From Leucoraja erinacea (taxonomy: Eukaryota): 64,000 nt of DNA. The stretch covers positions 43,028,001-43,092,000 of the forward strand of contig NC_073391.1 of NCBI RefSeq assembly GCF_028641065.1, read 5' to 3'. The translations under genes were made by a program, and so were the position numbers. Positions 48,501 through 61,504 of the stretch are shown piece after piece; position 1 is the stretch's first letter, and each line of letters starts with the position of its first letter. The notes under the pieces were generated by a model that was not told where the DNA came from, made no database searches, and saw only the letters and a list, made by a program, of their open reading frames with translations.

Positions 48501-50574
48501 GTTTCGGGTCGAGACCCTTCTTCAGACAGGACAGTCAGGGGGGAGGTGAGGAGGGTCTTCCTTCAACTCCTGCACCCAACCCAATATCAGTCCAGTTTCT
48601 GTAATCTTTCATCACACTTTACTGCTTCCTGTGACCGCACCCACTGACTCAAGTCCTGTCTTTGGCACGGTGACCAGAACTCACGCCAGAGCTCCCGATG
48701 TACTTTGACCAGAGATTAACACATATGCACCCGTGATCACCACCCCACCCCACCTTGTCAGCTTCAGTTTGTCACTTAGATCATCCCCTCAGGAGATTTG
48801 GTGCCCTCTGCACGGAGTTTGTACGTTCTCCCCGTGACCACATGTTTTTTTTCCCTGGGTGCTGCGGTTTCCCGTCAAACACTCCAAAGACGTCCAGGTT
48901 TGTAGTTTGATTTCACGTCGGTTAAATTTGCAAATTGTCCCTGGGTTGAGTCGGATAGTGCGAGTGTACGGGGTGATCGCTGGTCGCCGTGGACCCGGTG
49001 GGCTGAAGGGCCTGTTTCCGCGCTGTATCCCTAAACTAGACTAATATAGAATTAATCGTAAGTTCATAGATCATAGTGCAGAATTAGGCCATTTGGCCTA
49101 CTATCATGTCTGATCTATATTTCCCCCCTCAGTGCCAGTCTCCTGCCTTTTCCCCATAAACCCATTAAACCTGCCCTGTTTATGTACCTGTGTAAATGTT
49201 TTTTAAACGTCACGAAAGTACCTCAACTATCTCCTCCGGCAGCTTGTTCCATTCACCCACCACCCTTTCTGTAAAAGAGTTTCCCCTCAGGTCCCCATTA
49301 AATCCCCCCTCCCTCACCTTAAACGTATGGCCTCTAGTTCTAAAGTCCCCTACTCTGGGTAAAAGACTATTCCTCTCATGATCTTATACACCTCCATAAG
49401 ATTACCCCTCATCCTCCTGTGCTCCACGGAATAAAGTCCTAAAATATGTTCCGCTCGTAGATCCATTGCCAGACCTTGGTCCCTTTTCCTGAATAATTAC
49501 TGATGGAATGGATTAGAAACCCTGACCCCACATGATCACCCTTCCCAAACATGCTCACCGATTCAGAGACATTAAATATGACCAATCCAGTAATCATCGT
49601 CATAGAATCACACAGCATGGAAACGGGCCCCTCAGCCCAACTTGCCCACGCCGGCCAACATGCCCCATCTACACTAGTCCCACCTGCCCTTGTTTGGCCC
49701 GTATCCCTCTAAACCTATATAATCCAGTTACCTGTACAAATGATTTTTAAATGTTGTGATGGTACCTGCCACAACCGCCTCTGGCAGCTTATTCCATTTA
49801 ACGACCATACTTTATGTAAAAAAACTCCCCCTCAGGATCCTATCAAACCTGTTCCCTCCCCCCTCACCTTAAACAAATGTCCTCTGCTTCTCGATTCCGT
49901 TACCCTTGCTGTGTTTACCAGATCGAATCCTCTCATGAATTTAAACACCTCTATAAGATCACCTCACATCCTCCTGCACTCCAAGGAATAAAGTCCCAGC
50001 CTGATCAACCTCTCTCCTTAAGTCCCAGCCTCAACCTCTCTCCTTAAGTCCCAGCCTGATCAACCTTTCCAGCCTGGCAACATCTTTACTATAACACGGT
50101 GCCCAAAATTGAACACGATACTCTAAATGTGGTCCGACCAATGTCTTATATAAGTGTAACATCACCTCTCAACTACTAATATGCGGCGGGGTGGCGCAAC
50201 GGTAGAGCTATTGCCTTTCAGCACCAGAGACCCGGGTTTGATCCTGACTACGGGTGTTTGCCTGTATGTTCTCCTCGTGACCTGCGTAGGTTTCCTCCGA
50301 GATCTTCGGTTTCCTCCCACACCCCAAAGACGTACAGGTTTGTAGGTTAATTGGCTTGGTATCAATGTAAATTGTCCCCAGTGTGTGCAGGATAGTGTTT
50401 TTGTGCGGGGATCGCTGCTCGGGGCGGACTCGGTGAGCCGGAGGTGCTGTTTCCGCGCTGTATCTCTAAAGACTGACAACTAAGCTTCTCTACTCATCCA
50501 CCTAATGTCAGCGTCAGTGCCTTGAGATGGTCCTGATCTCCGATATCTATGTGCAGAGTGAAGATGTCCCTTAC

Positions 50575-50619
50575 CTCATGCTGCTGTTCAGGATTCCGTC
50601 TTCCTTCCGAGAAATGGCT
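50575..50619 (-). CDS. IFIT5-like: IFIT copy C exon 1 (coding nt 50579-50575, ATG-AG; 5' edge approximate)
   Basis: Plus strand ccttac|CTCATgctgc = ATGAG|gtaagg; ~10.1 kb intron 40480-50574. Confidence 0.85.
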
Positions 50620-50642
50620 GGACCAGAGACAGTGTGCGGTGG

Positions 50643-50771
50643 TTTTATAGTCCACTGGGTGGGATGAGTCCAGATAGTTCACGCCCTGAAAGTGGAAATG
50701 AAACTAAAACTGGAATCTGGAACAATCAAGTCTTACCTTTTCTCTGTGCAGCCTAGTTGTGAAACTGAAAA
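50643..50771 (-). promoter_or_regulatory. IFIT copy C promoter: TATA (50643-50649), proximal ISRE (50688-50711), second ISRE (50761-50771)
   Basis: ttttata; GAAAGTGGAAATGAAACTAAAACT; additional GAAACTGAAAA ~50 nt further upstream. Confidence 0.8.
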
Positions 50772-51210
50772 ACCTTGGTTCAAATCCCAAACCAGTGATG
50801 TTAGATTTACAGACAAGTGCGGGCTAACTTCAATTTTTAATCCTTACACGTGCAAATTATAACCACGTCTCAAGAGTTAAGATTAGGATTAATAATAATA
50901 ATAATGATAATAATGCAGGGCTGCCAACATTGGGTGAGAGTTGAGTTAGAATTGCGAGGGAGTACAATGATCAAGCCCCAGGGCGTGCAGCGACCGAGGA
51001 GGGGAGGACACCTTACACTTGCATGCAACATTTAACTCACACTTGAATGCAACATTTATGCTTTAAATTGGATTAGGTATGAATAAGGTTAAGCTAAATT
51101 ACATTCCTAATTACATTCCACAGTAGAGCCAGGCTCTGATCAACAGGTGCAGCACATGAATGACCTTAGTATATTCATGTATGGAAATCAGACTATAATT
51201 CATGCTGTTA

Positions 51211-51212
<2 letters not shown>

Positions 51213-51261
<49 letters not shown>
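51213..51261. repeat. (TA)n microsatellite
   Basis: About 24 TA units; not expanded at the homologous positions in introns B and D. Confidence 0.95.
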
Positions 51262-51264
<3 letters not shown>

Positions 51265-54200
51265 GAGAGAAAAAAACAGAAACAAGGCAAGAGGAGTTGG
51301 ACTTCCACCACTGTTCTGCACAAATAAATGAATACTTTGATTATAGAAGCAAGACAAAAATAATGCCACATATTCAACTAAGTATATGGTTCAATTAAAT
51401 TAAGATATATACGCAAAACTTATATATGGAAACAGGCCGTCCGGCCCACCATGTCCATACTGACCAGCAATCAACCATACACCAGTTCTATCCTACACGC
51501 CAGGGACTATTTACAGAAGCCAATTAACCTACAAGCTTGCACTTTTCCAGATGTGGGAGAAACCGGAATATCTGGAGAAAACCCATGCGGTCATAGGGAG
51601 AATGTACAAATTGGGAGAATAGGGAGAATGTGCAGACAGCACCCAAAGTCAGGATCAGACCTGGGTCTGTGGTGCTGTAAGGCAGCAACTCTACCGCTGC
51701 GCCACCCCATTAAATTATTTTTTCTGTAATATATTTATTATGGTGTCATGTCAATAAAGATGAACACATGATTCTGATTTCTGCCCTCTTCAGTCTGAAG
51801 GTCTCAACCTGAAACATCACCCATTCTTTCTCTCCAGAGATGCTGCCTGTCCCGCTGAGTTATTCCAACTTTTTGTGTCTATCTTCAGTTTAAACCAGCA
51901 TCTGCAGTTCCTTCTTACACTCTTTGTGAGGCAAAACAGGTTCTATTTTCATAATATTATTCACCTCAATAAAGTATTTTCTTCACCTCCGTTGCTGCAG
52001 AGAATACAATCCCAGTTATCAAATCTTTTACTGGCCCAGGTGCTGTGTGTCCAGCTGGGGTCCGAGGGAGGTGAGGGTCAGTGACCCTGGGGTCGGGCAT
52101 TGGAGCGGAGCCTTAGCCCGAGATTCATCCCCGCGGCTCCGGAGATGGCACCGACATCCCCACTCACCCACTTACTGTAAATAACCAAAGTCCGATAAAG
52201 ATGCATCATGACTCCCTGACTGATACAAAGGTTAGTGGTTTTGCAGATAGTGATGATGGTTGTGAAAGATTGCAGCAGGATCTGGATCGATTGGCCAGGC
52301 GGGCGGAGGAATGGAATTTAACACAGAGAAGTGTGAGGTGTTGCATTTTGGGACGTCGAACAAGGGCACGACCCACACAGTAAATGGTAGGCCTCTGGGT
52401 ACTGATGTAGAGCAGAGGGATCTAGGAGTACAGGTGCATGGTTCCTTGGAGGTCGAGTCGCAGGTAGATAAGGTGGTCAAAAAGGCTTTTGGCACTTTGG
52501 CCTTCATCAGTATTTAGTATAGAAGTTGGGAGGTCATGTTGGAGTTGTATAAGACATTGGTGAGACTGCATTTAGAGTATTGTGTTCAGTTCTGGGAACC
52601 AAGTTACAGGAAAGATATTGTCAAGCTTGAAAGGGGTCAGAAAAGATTTACAAGGATGTTGCCAGGACTAGAGGGTGTGAGCTATAGGGAGAGGTTGAGT
52701 AGGCTGGGTCTTTATTCCATGGAGTGCAGGAGGATGAGAGGTGATCTTATAGAGGTATACAAAATCATGCGAGGAATAGATCGGGTAGTTGCACAGAGTC
52801 TCTTGCCCAGAGTAGGGGAATCGAGGAGCAGAGGACATAGGTTTAAGGAGAAGTGGAAAAGCTCATGCTCCTAGTAATCTCATGGAACATCATTGGCTTC
52901 TAACTCATTTTTCCTTCCAAGGAAATTTCATGCCTCCTTTTTTAACCTAAATACTCTTCTCTACCCTCTCCTTCCTCGAGCTGCTCACTGGACCGCTGTT
53001 GCCCATGACTTTGGAGATACAGTGCAGAAACAGGCTCTTCGGCCCACCGAGTCCGTGACGACCAGCAATCCCCGTACACCAGCACTATCCAACACACACT
53101 AGGGACAATTTACAATTTTACCAAAGCCAATGAACCTACAAACCTGTATGTCTGTCGTGTGGGAAACCTATTGCATCTGGAGTTCCCACTGTGGGCTCCT
53201 GTGCATCGGCGAGACCAAGCGGAGACTCGGTGACCATCTACATAAGTTCTAGGAGCAGAATTAGGCCATTCGGCCCATCAAGTCTCCGCCATTCCATCAA
53301 GTCTGATCTATGTTTTTTGCTGAAGCGGCACGGTGGCGCAGCGGTAGAGTTGCTGCCTCACAATGCCAGAGACCTGGGTTCGATCCTGACCACAGGTGCT
53401 CTCTGTACGGAGGTTGTACGTGCCTCACACAAAACCTACCTGAATCGTGGCTGAGCATCTGCCCCACCCCTTGTGTGTGATTTTGGCGATGTTTGGCGAG
53501 GGGGCGGGTTTAAAACGCGATTTTTACTAGGCTGTTGCAATCGAAAATGTTCAGCCTAGTAAATCATTAACGGAAAATCGCTGAAAGACCCCGTCGCAAA
53601 AGGTATTACCTTGTAAAATAGAGAGTAATTTTATCTCACTCCGCAACCTCTCGTCGCAGCTCCCCATTAAATGGGGCTTGACCTGTGTTCATTTTGGGCT
53701 TTATATCCCGCAGTCTGGGCATTTGCTCTAGCAGTTTCTAAACCAGCGCGTTCCCACACTGAACCCACTAGAAAGCCTATTTAAATTGACGCAATTGAAC
53801 ACTAAATTCCTTCCATTTGGCCTATAAATTGATGTAAATGAGATTTAAAAATCATGTTTTATTGTGAAATTTGTGAATATGGACACTACTATTGTCCCTA
53901 AAATTGAAGTTTGAAATTAGCTACAATTGGGTAACTAGCTTTAAATTCAGGTCATCCAGTTAGTTATTTTATATTTGTTTCAGAATGGTTCAATCTATGA
54001 TAACTGAAAATTTCCGCTCTGAAGGTCTTTTGACTGTCCACGATCACAGCTTTTTTGTTATGTCCACAATAGGGAACAAGATGCTAATTTCCGAGTATGA
54101 AAATGGCCGAAGGAATTATGTGTCAAATTAAACTGCTTTCGGGATGCTGTAGCTCGAAAGTTTCCTGACGTACAGGTAAACTAAAAAATGTAATTGTCCC

Positions 54201-55089
54201 TAATATGTACGCTTGGTGGACTCGGTGGGCCCAAGGGCCTGTTTCTGCTGTATCTAAACTGGTTACTAAATTACGCTTGGTCTGCCATTTTACTAATTGA
54301 TTTAACTCCCCTCCCCATTCCCACACTGACCTTTCTGCCATGAACCTCCCCCATTGCCACAGTGAGAACACAAGCAAACTGGAGGAAGAGCACCTCATAT
54401 TCCACTTGGGTAACTTACAAAAGTAATGGTACGAACAATAACTTGTCCAACTTTAGGTAACTCTATGAATCCTCCCCCACCCCCACGCAACCTCCACAAC
54501 TTTCTTCCCCCCTTCCCCCTCTCCTGTGCCTCACAGACTCCCACCAATCTCCCTGTGTCTCCCTCCCACTCTCCACTGCACAGAAAGCTACTAGGACTTT
54601 GACAATGGAGCCAAAACCTGGCGAACTCTGGTGTTTGGTCTCAGTGGACTATTTCTGTACACTTTGTACTTAAATATAGTAATACTTTGCTGGGCTGTAT
54701 GCAAAATTAGAATCTCACTGCACCTCATGTATTCAAAAATCTAATTTCACTGCAACACAATATACCACTGAAATAGGGTAAACATTATTATCAGCGCTAA
54801 AGGCTGGAGTGCAGGTTTTAGACTTTAGACTTGAATGTTTTTGAGCTGACACTGTTCACCGTAGAGTGGACCAAGAATACGACTTAGCCTCCAGCATTGA
54901 CGCGGAATGATGCACCAAAGTTGTTGCATTTTATTACTGCTTTATTTATTATTTTAATGCTTTAGCTCTGATATTACAGCATGTTGTACAATATTGATCA
55001 GAAATGGTGGCGCAGCGGTAGAGTTACTGACTTACAGTGCCAGAGACCCGGGTTCGATCGCGATTACTGGTGCTGTCTGGAAGGAGTTA

Positions 55090-55315
55090 TGCCCCTGTCC
55101 CACTTAGGAAACCTGAGCGGAAACCTCTAGAGACTTTGCGCCCCACCCAATGTTTCCGTGCGGTTCCCGCAGGTTGCTGGTGGTTGCCGGAGGTTGCAGG
55201 TAGTGGGAGCAGATCGGGAGACTGACAAAAACCTCCGGGAACCGCACGGAAACCTTGGGTGGGGCGCAAAGTCTCCAGAGGTTTCTGTTCAGGTTTCCTA
55301 AGTGGGACAGGGGCA
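55090..55315. mobile_element. PIF/Harbinger-type palindromic MITE (duplicate of the 29208 insertion)
   Basis: Same TIRs, TTA TSD, same host SINE position as in arm B. Confidence 0.85.
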
Positions 55316-57181
55316 TTAGTACGTTCTCCCCGCGACAGCGTGGGTTTTCTCCGGGTGCACTGGTCTCCTCCCACACTCTAAAGACTTACAGGTTTGTAGG
55401 TTAATTGGCTTAGTATAAATGTAAATAGTCCCCAGTGTGTGTAAATACCGTTAGTGTGCGGGGATTGCTAGTCGGCTCGGACTCGGTGGGCCGAAGGACC
55501 TGTTTCTGCTCTGTATCGCTAAACTAAACTAAAAATATTGACCAGAAAAAGGTGCCCAAATGGTCATAAAGCATTAAACGGAAATTAAACTAACATATTG
55601 CATATGTTGGAACTCTTAAATGCGGGAGTGTATCCTGCAAACCAAATCAAATGGCACCTCATCTATGATGCTTCTTACACAACAATTAGTTCTCACCCCA
55701 TCATTTATAGTTTTGCACTCTGTATTTTACACTTTGTGTAGAAAGATGGTGTCGAACCCAGGCGATTATTTGCGTGCTAACCACAGAAGCAGATCTACAA
55801 TCACATATTACAATCTCTAGTCCTGCAGCAACATTTCTTACACTGTGGACGCCTCGATTGTAATCATGTATTGTCTTTCCGCTGACTGGTTAGCACGCAA
55901 CAAAAGCTTTTCAATGCACCTTGGTACACGTGACAATAAACTAAACTGAACTAATCTCCCCTTTGCTCTATCTATTGTACTTGAGTTTAACGTCTGTACT
56001 TATGTACAGTATTCTCTGATCCGTTTGGATAGGAAGCAAAACAAAGCTTTTCAGTGTATCTTAGTACACGTGGCAACAATAAACTTAATCCTTATCCTTT
56101 TACCCCAGAATTTAGTGGACAAACAATTAACGTCCAGGTGAATTTGTGACCATTGAGTAACGGGCTGGGAAATCACTGCTGGTGCCTCTATTCTGACCAT
56201 CGCATCGGACGCACGTGAAATGGCGTCACATCCTCCACAACGCAGCTCTGATCCACCTCTGGTTGAATGTGAAGGTTTGTTGAGAGATGGGATCACTGTA
56301 GATCAGTCAGAGAAACGGGCACCAAACCTGCAGAAGATCATCAACAAAATGTCAATTCAAGTGTCTCCATTAAGGCACCGCACACAAGCTTGGTCAGACT
56401 CTGTAATAATCATGGCATCCAACTCCACAACGCCCTGAAAGTGGCCGCACAAGTAGATCGAGTGGTGAAGAAGGCGTACGGTAAGATGAGGAAGGAAAGT
56501 GCAGATGCTGGTTTACACCGAGGATGGACACAAAAGTCTGGGGTGACTCAGCGGGTCAGGCAGCATCTCTGGAGAGAAGGAATAGGTGACGTTTGGGGTC
56601 TGAAGAAGGGTCTTGGTCCTGAAATGTCACCTATTCCTTTTCTCCAGAGATGCTGCCTGACCCGCTGAATTACTCCAGTTTTTTGTGTCTGTCACCGTAT
56701 ACTATGCTTGCCTTCATAGGTCCATGTATTGAGTATGTCATAGAGTCACGATGCAGCTTTATTGGACTTTGGTAATTTGGAGATCATTTGGAGTATCACA
56801 TGTAGTTCAGGGCGTCCCATTGCTGTAAGGATGTGGAGGCTTTGGAAAGGGTGCAGAGGAAGTTCCTGGACTAGAGGGTATTAGCTACAGGAGATGTGCG
56901 GGGCATGTTTTTTTTACACAGAGGGCTGTGTGCGCCCGGAACTTGCTGCCGTGAGTGGTGGTTGAGGCACGATTGTGGCATTTGACAGACTTTTGGATTG
57001 GCCGATGGGTATACAGGGAATGGTGGCAGATAGGATTTGGTCTTGGCATCGTGTTCTGCACAGACACGGTGGGCCGAAGGGCCTGTTCCTGCGCTGTACT
57101 GTGTTACGTTCTATGTTCTAGTGAGGAATGGTTGAGGAAGGACCTTTCTCGCCCTTACCTCCTGGTCCTGGTATCTCCAGC

Positions 57182-58616
57182 CTAAGTAGAAGGGCGCAAT
57201 TCACGAAGAGCGCTGAGATATTCTTTGTTGCCACGATCCCACCGCAAGGCCTTTTCATAGCATTCAACAGCTTCAGAATTCTCCCCGGCTTCTCGGTGAA
57301 GAAACCCCAGGATACCCCAGGCTCTGCTGTTGTACGGGTTCCTGTTAATTTGCCTTCTTGCAATCTGCTCCAACTTAGTGTAACAAATTTTCCCTTGTTT
57401 CGTGCCGCGCCGGATTTTAAGGCCTTCCATAAAATGGTGGATGGCGTTTGATTCAGATTTGGTGTGATTCAGTTCATATAATCCAAGCTGTAACTCTATT
57501 GCCTGCTTTTTATCTGGAGTAACATCCTCTAAACTCTGAAGGTCGTTGAATATCTCCACCGCCCTGTCTGATTCATCATTCATTAAGCAGATGCTGGCAA
57601 AATCCAGCTTTGCAAATACATACGATGGCTCCAGTTCAAATGCCGTTCCAAAATGCTGCTTGCAATGCCTGATCAACTCAGCCTCCACGCTTGGGTCTGC
57701 AATGCCTTGATTTCTACGCAGAGCCATTAGCTTTTCTCTGTAACACATGCCCATTTGATGGTGCAAGAAGGAAGAGCGCGGAGTGAATTCTAAGGCTTTC
57801 TTCAACATCTCTATCGCTTTATCAACATTGCGCTCTGTTCTGTAAAACTTTGCTGCATAGCGGAGCACATATGGAGAATCTGGGCTTGTCCGCAACGCTT
57901 CTTCAACCAATTCATTCGCTTCTGCCTTTTGCTGGAACTCTTGGAGCCTGAGGGCCAGCATCACCCTGGCCACAGATTCACCCGGATCGAGCTCCAGCAC
58001 CCGTCTCAGCTGTTTCACCGACTGACTCACTTCGGGGTTTTCCGGGATCGCGGAAAATAATTCCAGACGGTACAGAGCGGTGGCGTAGCCCATGTTCCAC
58101 TCCGTGTTGTCGGGATCTTCCTCCAGAGCCTTGGCGAAACATTCCTTCGCCTCCTCGTAGCACTGAGAGCGGGAGCTCAGCAAAGACCACCCCTTCTCCC
58201 CCAACACCTCGGGCACCATTGCCGTGACGTGCGGGCCCTGTGTGAGGGGGCCACACATCACCTCCAGCTTGTCGAGGTAGGACTGGGCCTCGCTGAGTTG
58301 CCCCATGTGGTAATGCAACCAGGCCCGGTTGCCATGGGTGACGATGCTCCTCCTCTCAAATCCATCCCCGTGGATCTCCCTCAGACGTCTCTCCGCCTCC
58401 TCTAAGTCACGGAGAGCTTCTTCGTAGTTGCCCTGCAGGTAGTTGATGTAAGCCAGCTGGTTGTGCGGCACGCCTTGGTGATTCCCGCCGATGATAATCG
58501 AATCCTGCAACCTCTGCTTCACATCGTCCAGGTCACTGTCGTCCATCTGTGGGCCCCACGTGAAGTGGCACTGAAGCTGGCCGAGCTTCACCAACAAGGA
58601 CTCCCTCAGTGTGTCG
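57182..58616 (-). CDS. IFIT5-like: IFIT copy D exon 2; 479-aa IFIT protein after splicing
   Basis: Acceptor AG at 58618-58617 on the minus strand; intact ORF with the IFIT motifs. Confidence 0.93.
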
Positions 58617-60229
58617 CTGCAAGAGAGCACAAGGTGATCAATGGGACAACACACAAAAAGCTGGAGTAGCTCAGTGGGTCAGGCATAATCAAGGATGAGT
58701 CGCACCCTGGTCACTCCCTCTCCTACCTTCACCCAATGGGCAAGAGGCACAGAAGTGTGAAAACGCACACCTCCAGATTCAGGGACAGTTCCTTCCAAGC
58801 TGTTATCAGGCAATTGGTGAATACTGTAGCGAGTCTTTTAACTTACATTTGAATGCAACATTTACGCTTTAAATTGGATTAGGTATGAATAAGGTTAAGC
58901 TAAATTACTTTCCTAATTACATTCCACAGTCGAACCAGTCTCCGATCAACAGGTGCAGCACTTGAATGACCTTAGCATATTCATGTATGGAAATCAGATT
59001 ATAATTCATGCTGTTATGCAAAGATATAGAGAAAAAACCTATAGAAACGAGGCAAGAGTTGTCGGACTTCCATCACTGTTCTGCACAAATAAATTAATCA
59101 ACCTTACTCTTTGACTGTAGAAACAAAACAAAATCAATGAAATTAAGTTCTGCATGTAAAACATATATATGGAAACAGGCCCTTCGGCCCAGCATGTCCA
59201 CACTGAACAGCAATCTACCATACACCAGTTCTATCCTGCACGCCAGTGACCAGTGATGGAAATGGGGGGGTACGCAGGGGTACGGCGTTCCCCTAGTTTT
59301 CAACTTCCTACTCAGGTTTACTGAGCACTGCAGAAAGATTCGAGCCGTTTCTCACTTCATTCAACTCAGATGAAAACGATTTGTTAACTGCCACTGTTAG
59401 CACTTGTTAACAGCCAGCAGTTAACGGTAGTTATACAATGTGTCATTGTTACATTGATCCACATTCCTCAGTAAATGTAATTGTGTTTAAACACCGTGTT
59501 CCTTTGAATAAAATTCAAGGGAGAATTTCTTAAACTCACTGTCAGGGCTACCGGACCGCGAGCACGGGCTCAGGTAAAGTCACGTTATTTTATTATTCCA
59601 TGTTATTTTATTTGCCTCTCTGGCTCCGTGTCTCTCTGCTGCTCTCCCCTCCCCCGCTCTCCCCTCTCCGCCCACTCTCCCCGCTCTCGAAAACTCGATG
59701 ATGTATTTGTGGAGGTATTTTGGAGAAACGAGATGCATAAAATGTCAGGGTTCAGGTATACAAACCTTCAAAAGCAAATGATATGCTACATTTTCAAATG
59801 GGAAATAATGCTTAAGAGGCCAATAGAAAATTTGTATAAATCATTGGTTGTGCATTGAATAATGTGTTCAATTTTTCTGGAACGATATGTCCTTTAGCTA
59901 ACAAAAATAATGAATAATTAGTCTGAGTTTGTCAATTAGTTAATGGTGCAGTAACGCTTGGCTAGCAGTCACCGTTGAATGGTATTTGATAAACTAGTTA
60001 AGAGGGAGAAAGATGAGTCGGAAAACAAGGCTCTAAATTTAAGTAAACTTTGGGAAAGTGAGGCAGAAGAGTAGACTATGCAGAGCATTGACAAACAATG
60101 TGAAATGTTCCAAGATCTTCTTGGTAATAGACCTGTACATTTTGAATTGAATTGAAATTATTTGTCATTCAAAAATGAAAGAAAAGAAATGAATGTTATC
60201 CCTCACAACTAAGTTCAGGTTGACAGTAA

Positions 60230-60700
60230 CATGGATAAGGGAGAGCCAGTGGATGTAGTGTACCTGGACTTTCAGAAAGCCTTTGGTAAGGTCCCACACA
60301 GTGGGCAAAATCAGAGCACATGGTGTTGGGGATAGGGTATTGACATGGATAGAAATTGGTTGCAGACAGGAAACAAAGAGTAGGAATTAACAGTTCCCTT
60401 TCAGAATGGCAGATAGTGACTAGTGCGGTGCCTCAAGGCTCGGTGCTGGGACCGCAGCTATTCACAATATATATTAATGATTTAGATGAAGGAATTAAAA
60501 GTAACATTAGCAAATTTGCAGATGACACAAAGCTGGACGGCAGCGTGAACTGTGAAGAGGATGTTATGAGGATGCAGGGTGACGTGGATAGGTTGGGTGA
60601 GTGGGAAGATGCATGGTAGATGCAGTATAATGTGGATAAATGTGAGGTTATCCACTTTAGTGGCAAGAACAAGAGGCAGATTATCATCTGAATGGCAGGT
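60230..60700 (+). mobile_element. CR1 LINE RT fragment in intron D (mirrored at 23020-24290 in B)
   Basis: [10 protein letters not shown]...[22 protein letters not shown]...KFADDTKL. Confidence 0.85.
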
Positions 60701-61504
60701 AGATACAAAATGCTGGAGTAACTCAGCAGGTCAGGCAGCATCTCTGGAGCAAAGGAATTCCCCCCCCCCCCCCCCCCCCGTCTCTCCCCCCCCCCCCCCC
60801 CCCCCCTTGGGAATGTGGGCCAGCCCAGGTGCTCTGTGTCCAGCTGTGGTCCGGGGGAGGTGAGGATCAGTGACACGGGGGTCGGGCACCGGAGCGGTGC
60901 CTTAGCCCGAGATTCATCTCCGGAGGTGGCACCGATGCCCCCACTAACCCGGTCCGCTCCTGGCTCCGTGCAGGGGTTAAAATTCCATGGGGTGTGGACA
61001 GAGCGGCCGACGGACACAGAGCCGCCGGAGGTGAGGGTGGGAGGTGTGAGCGGTGCCTCAGGGGTCGATGCTGGGACCACCGCCGTGCCTCACTTATCAC
61101 ACCACCTGCACGGGAACGTGTAGTTTAGTTTAGCGTCTAAACCCCTTCACGGGCCGGTAGTTTGACACCCCTGCTTTAAACTGATGCCCTATAGTTCTGG
61201 AATCACATTTCCCACCTTATATATTCCCCTCATGGTTTTTACTCATCTCTAAAACAATTTCTGCTTTATTTTGAATTTCCAGCACCTGCAGATTTTGGTT
61301 CCATGAATGTCAAATGGAATAATTAGACTGCAGTTACATTGCCATTTAAACAGTGTGCGATGGGCTTAAGACAATCAAATTGCTCGTTCTTTACGGGAAA
61401 CCCGCCGACAGAAAACTATTCTCATTGGTGAGTGCGGAGGAGATCTGGAAACCTTGGGCGAATTGAAATGATCGTGACTTTCTTTATTGAATCTTTTTTT
61501 TTAA

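Larger units (their letters stand above)
35930..50685. repeat. Segmental duplication arm containing gene C (inverted copy of the gene A region)
   Basis: Same anchors as for arm A. Confidence 0.85.
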
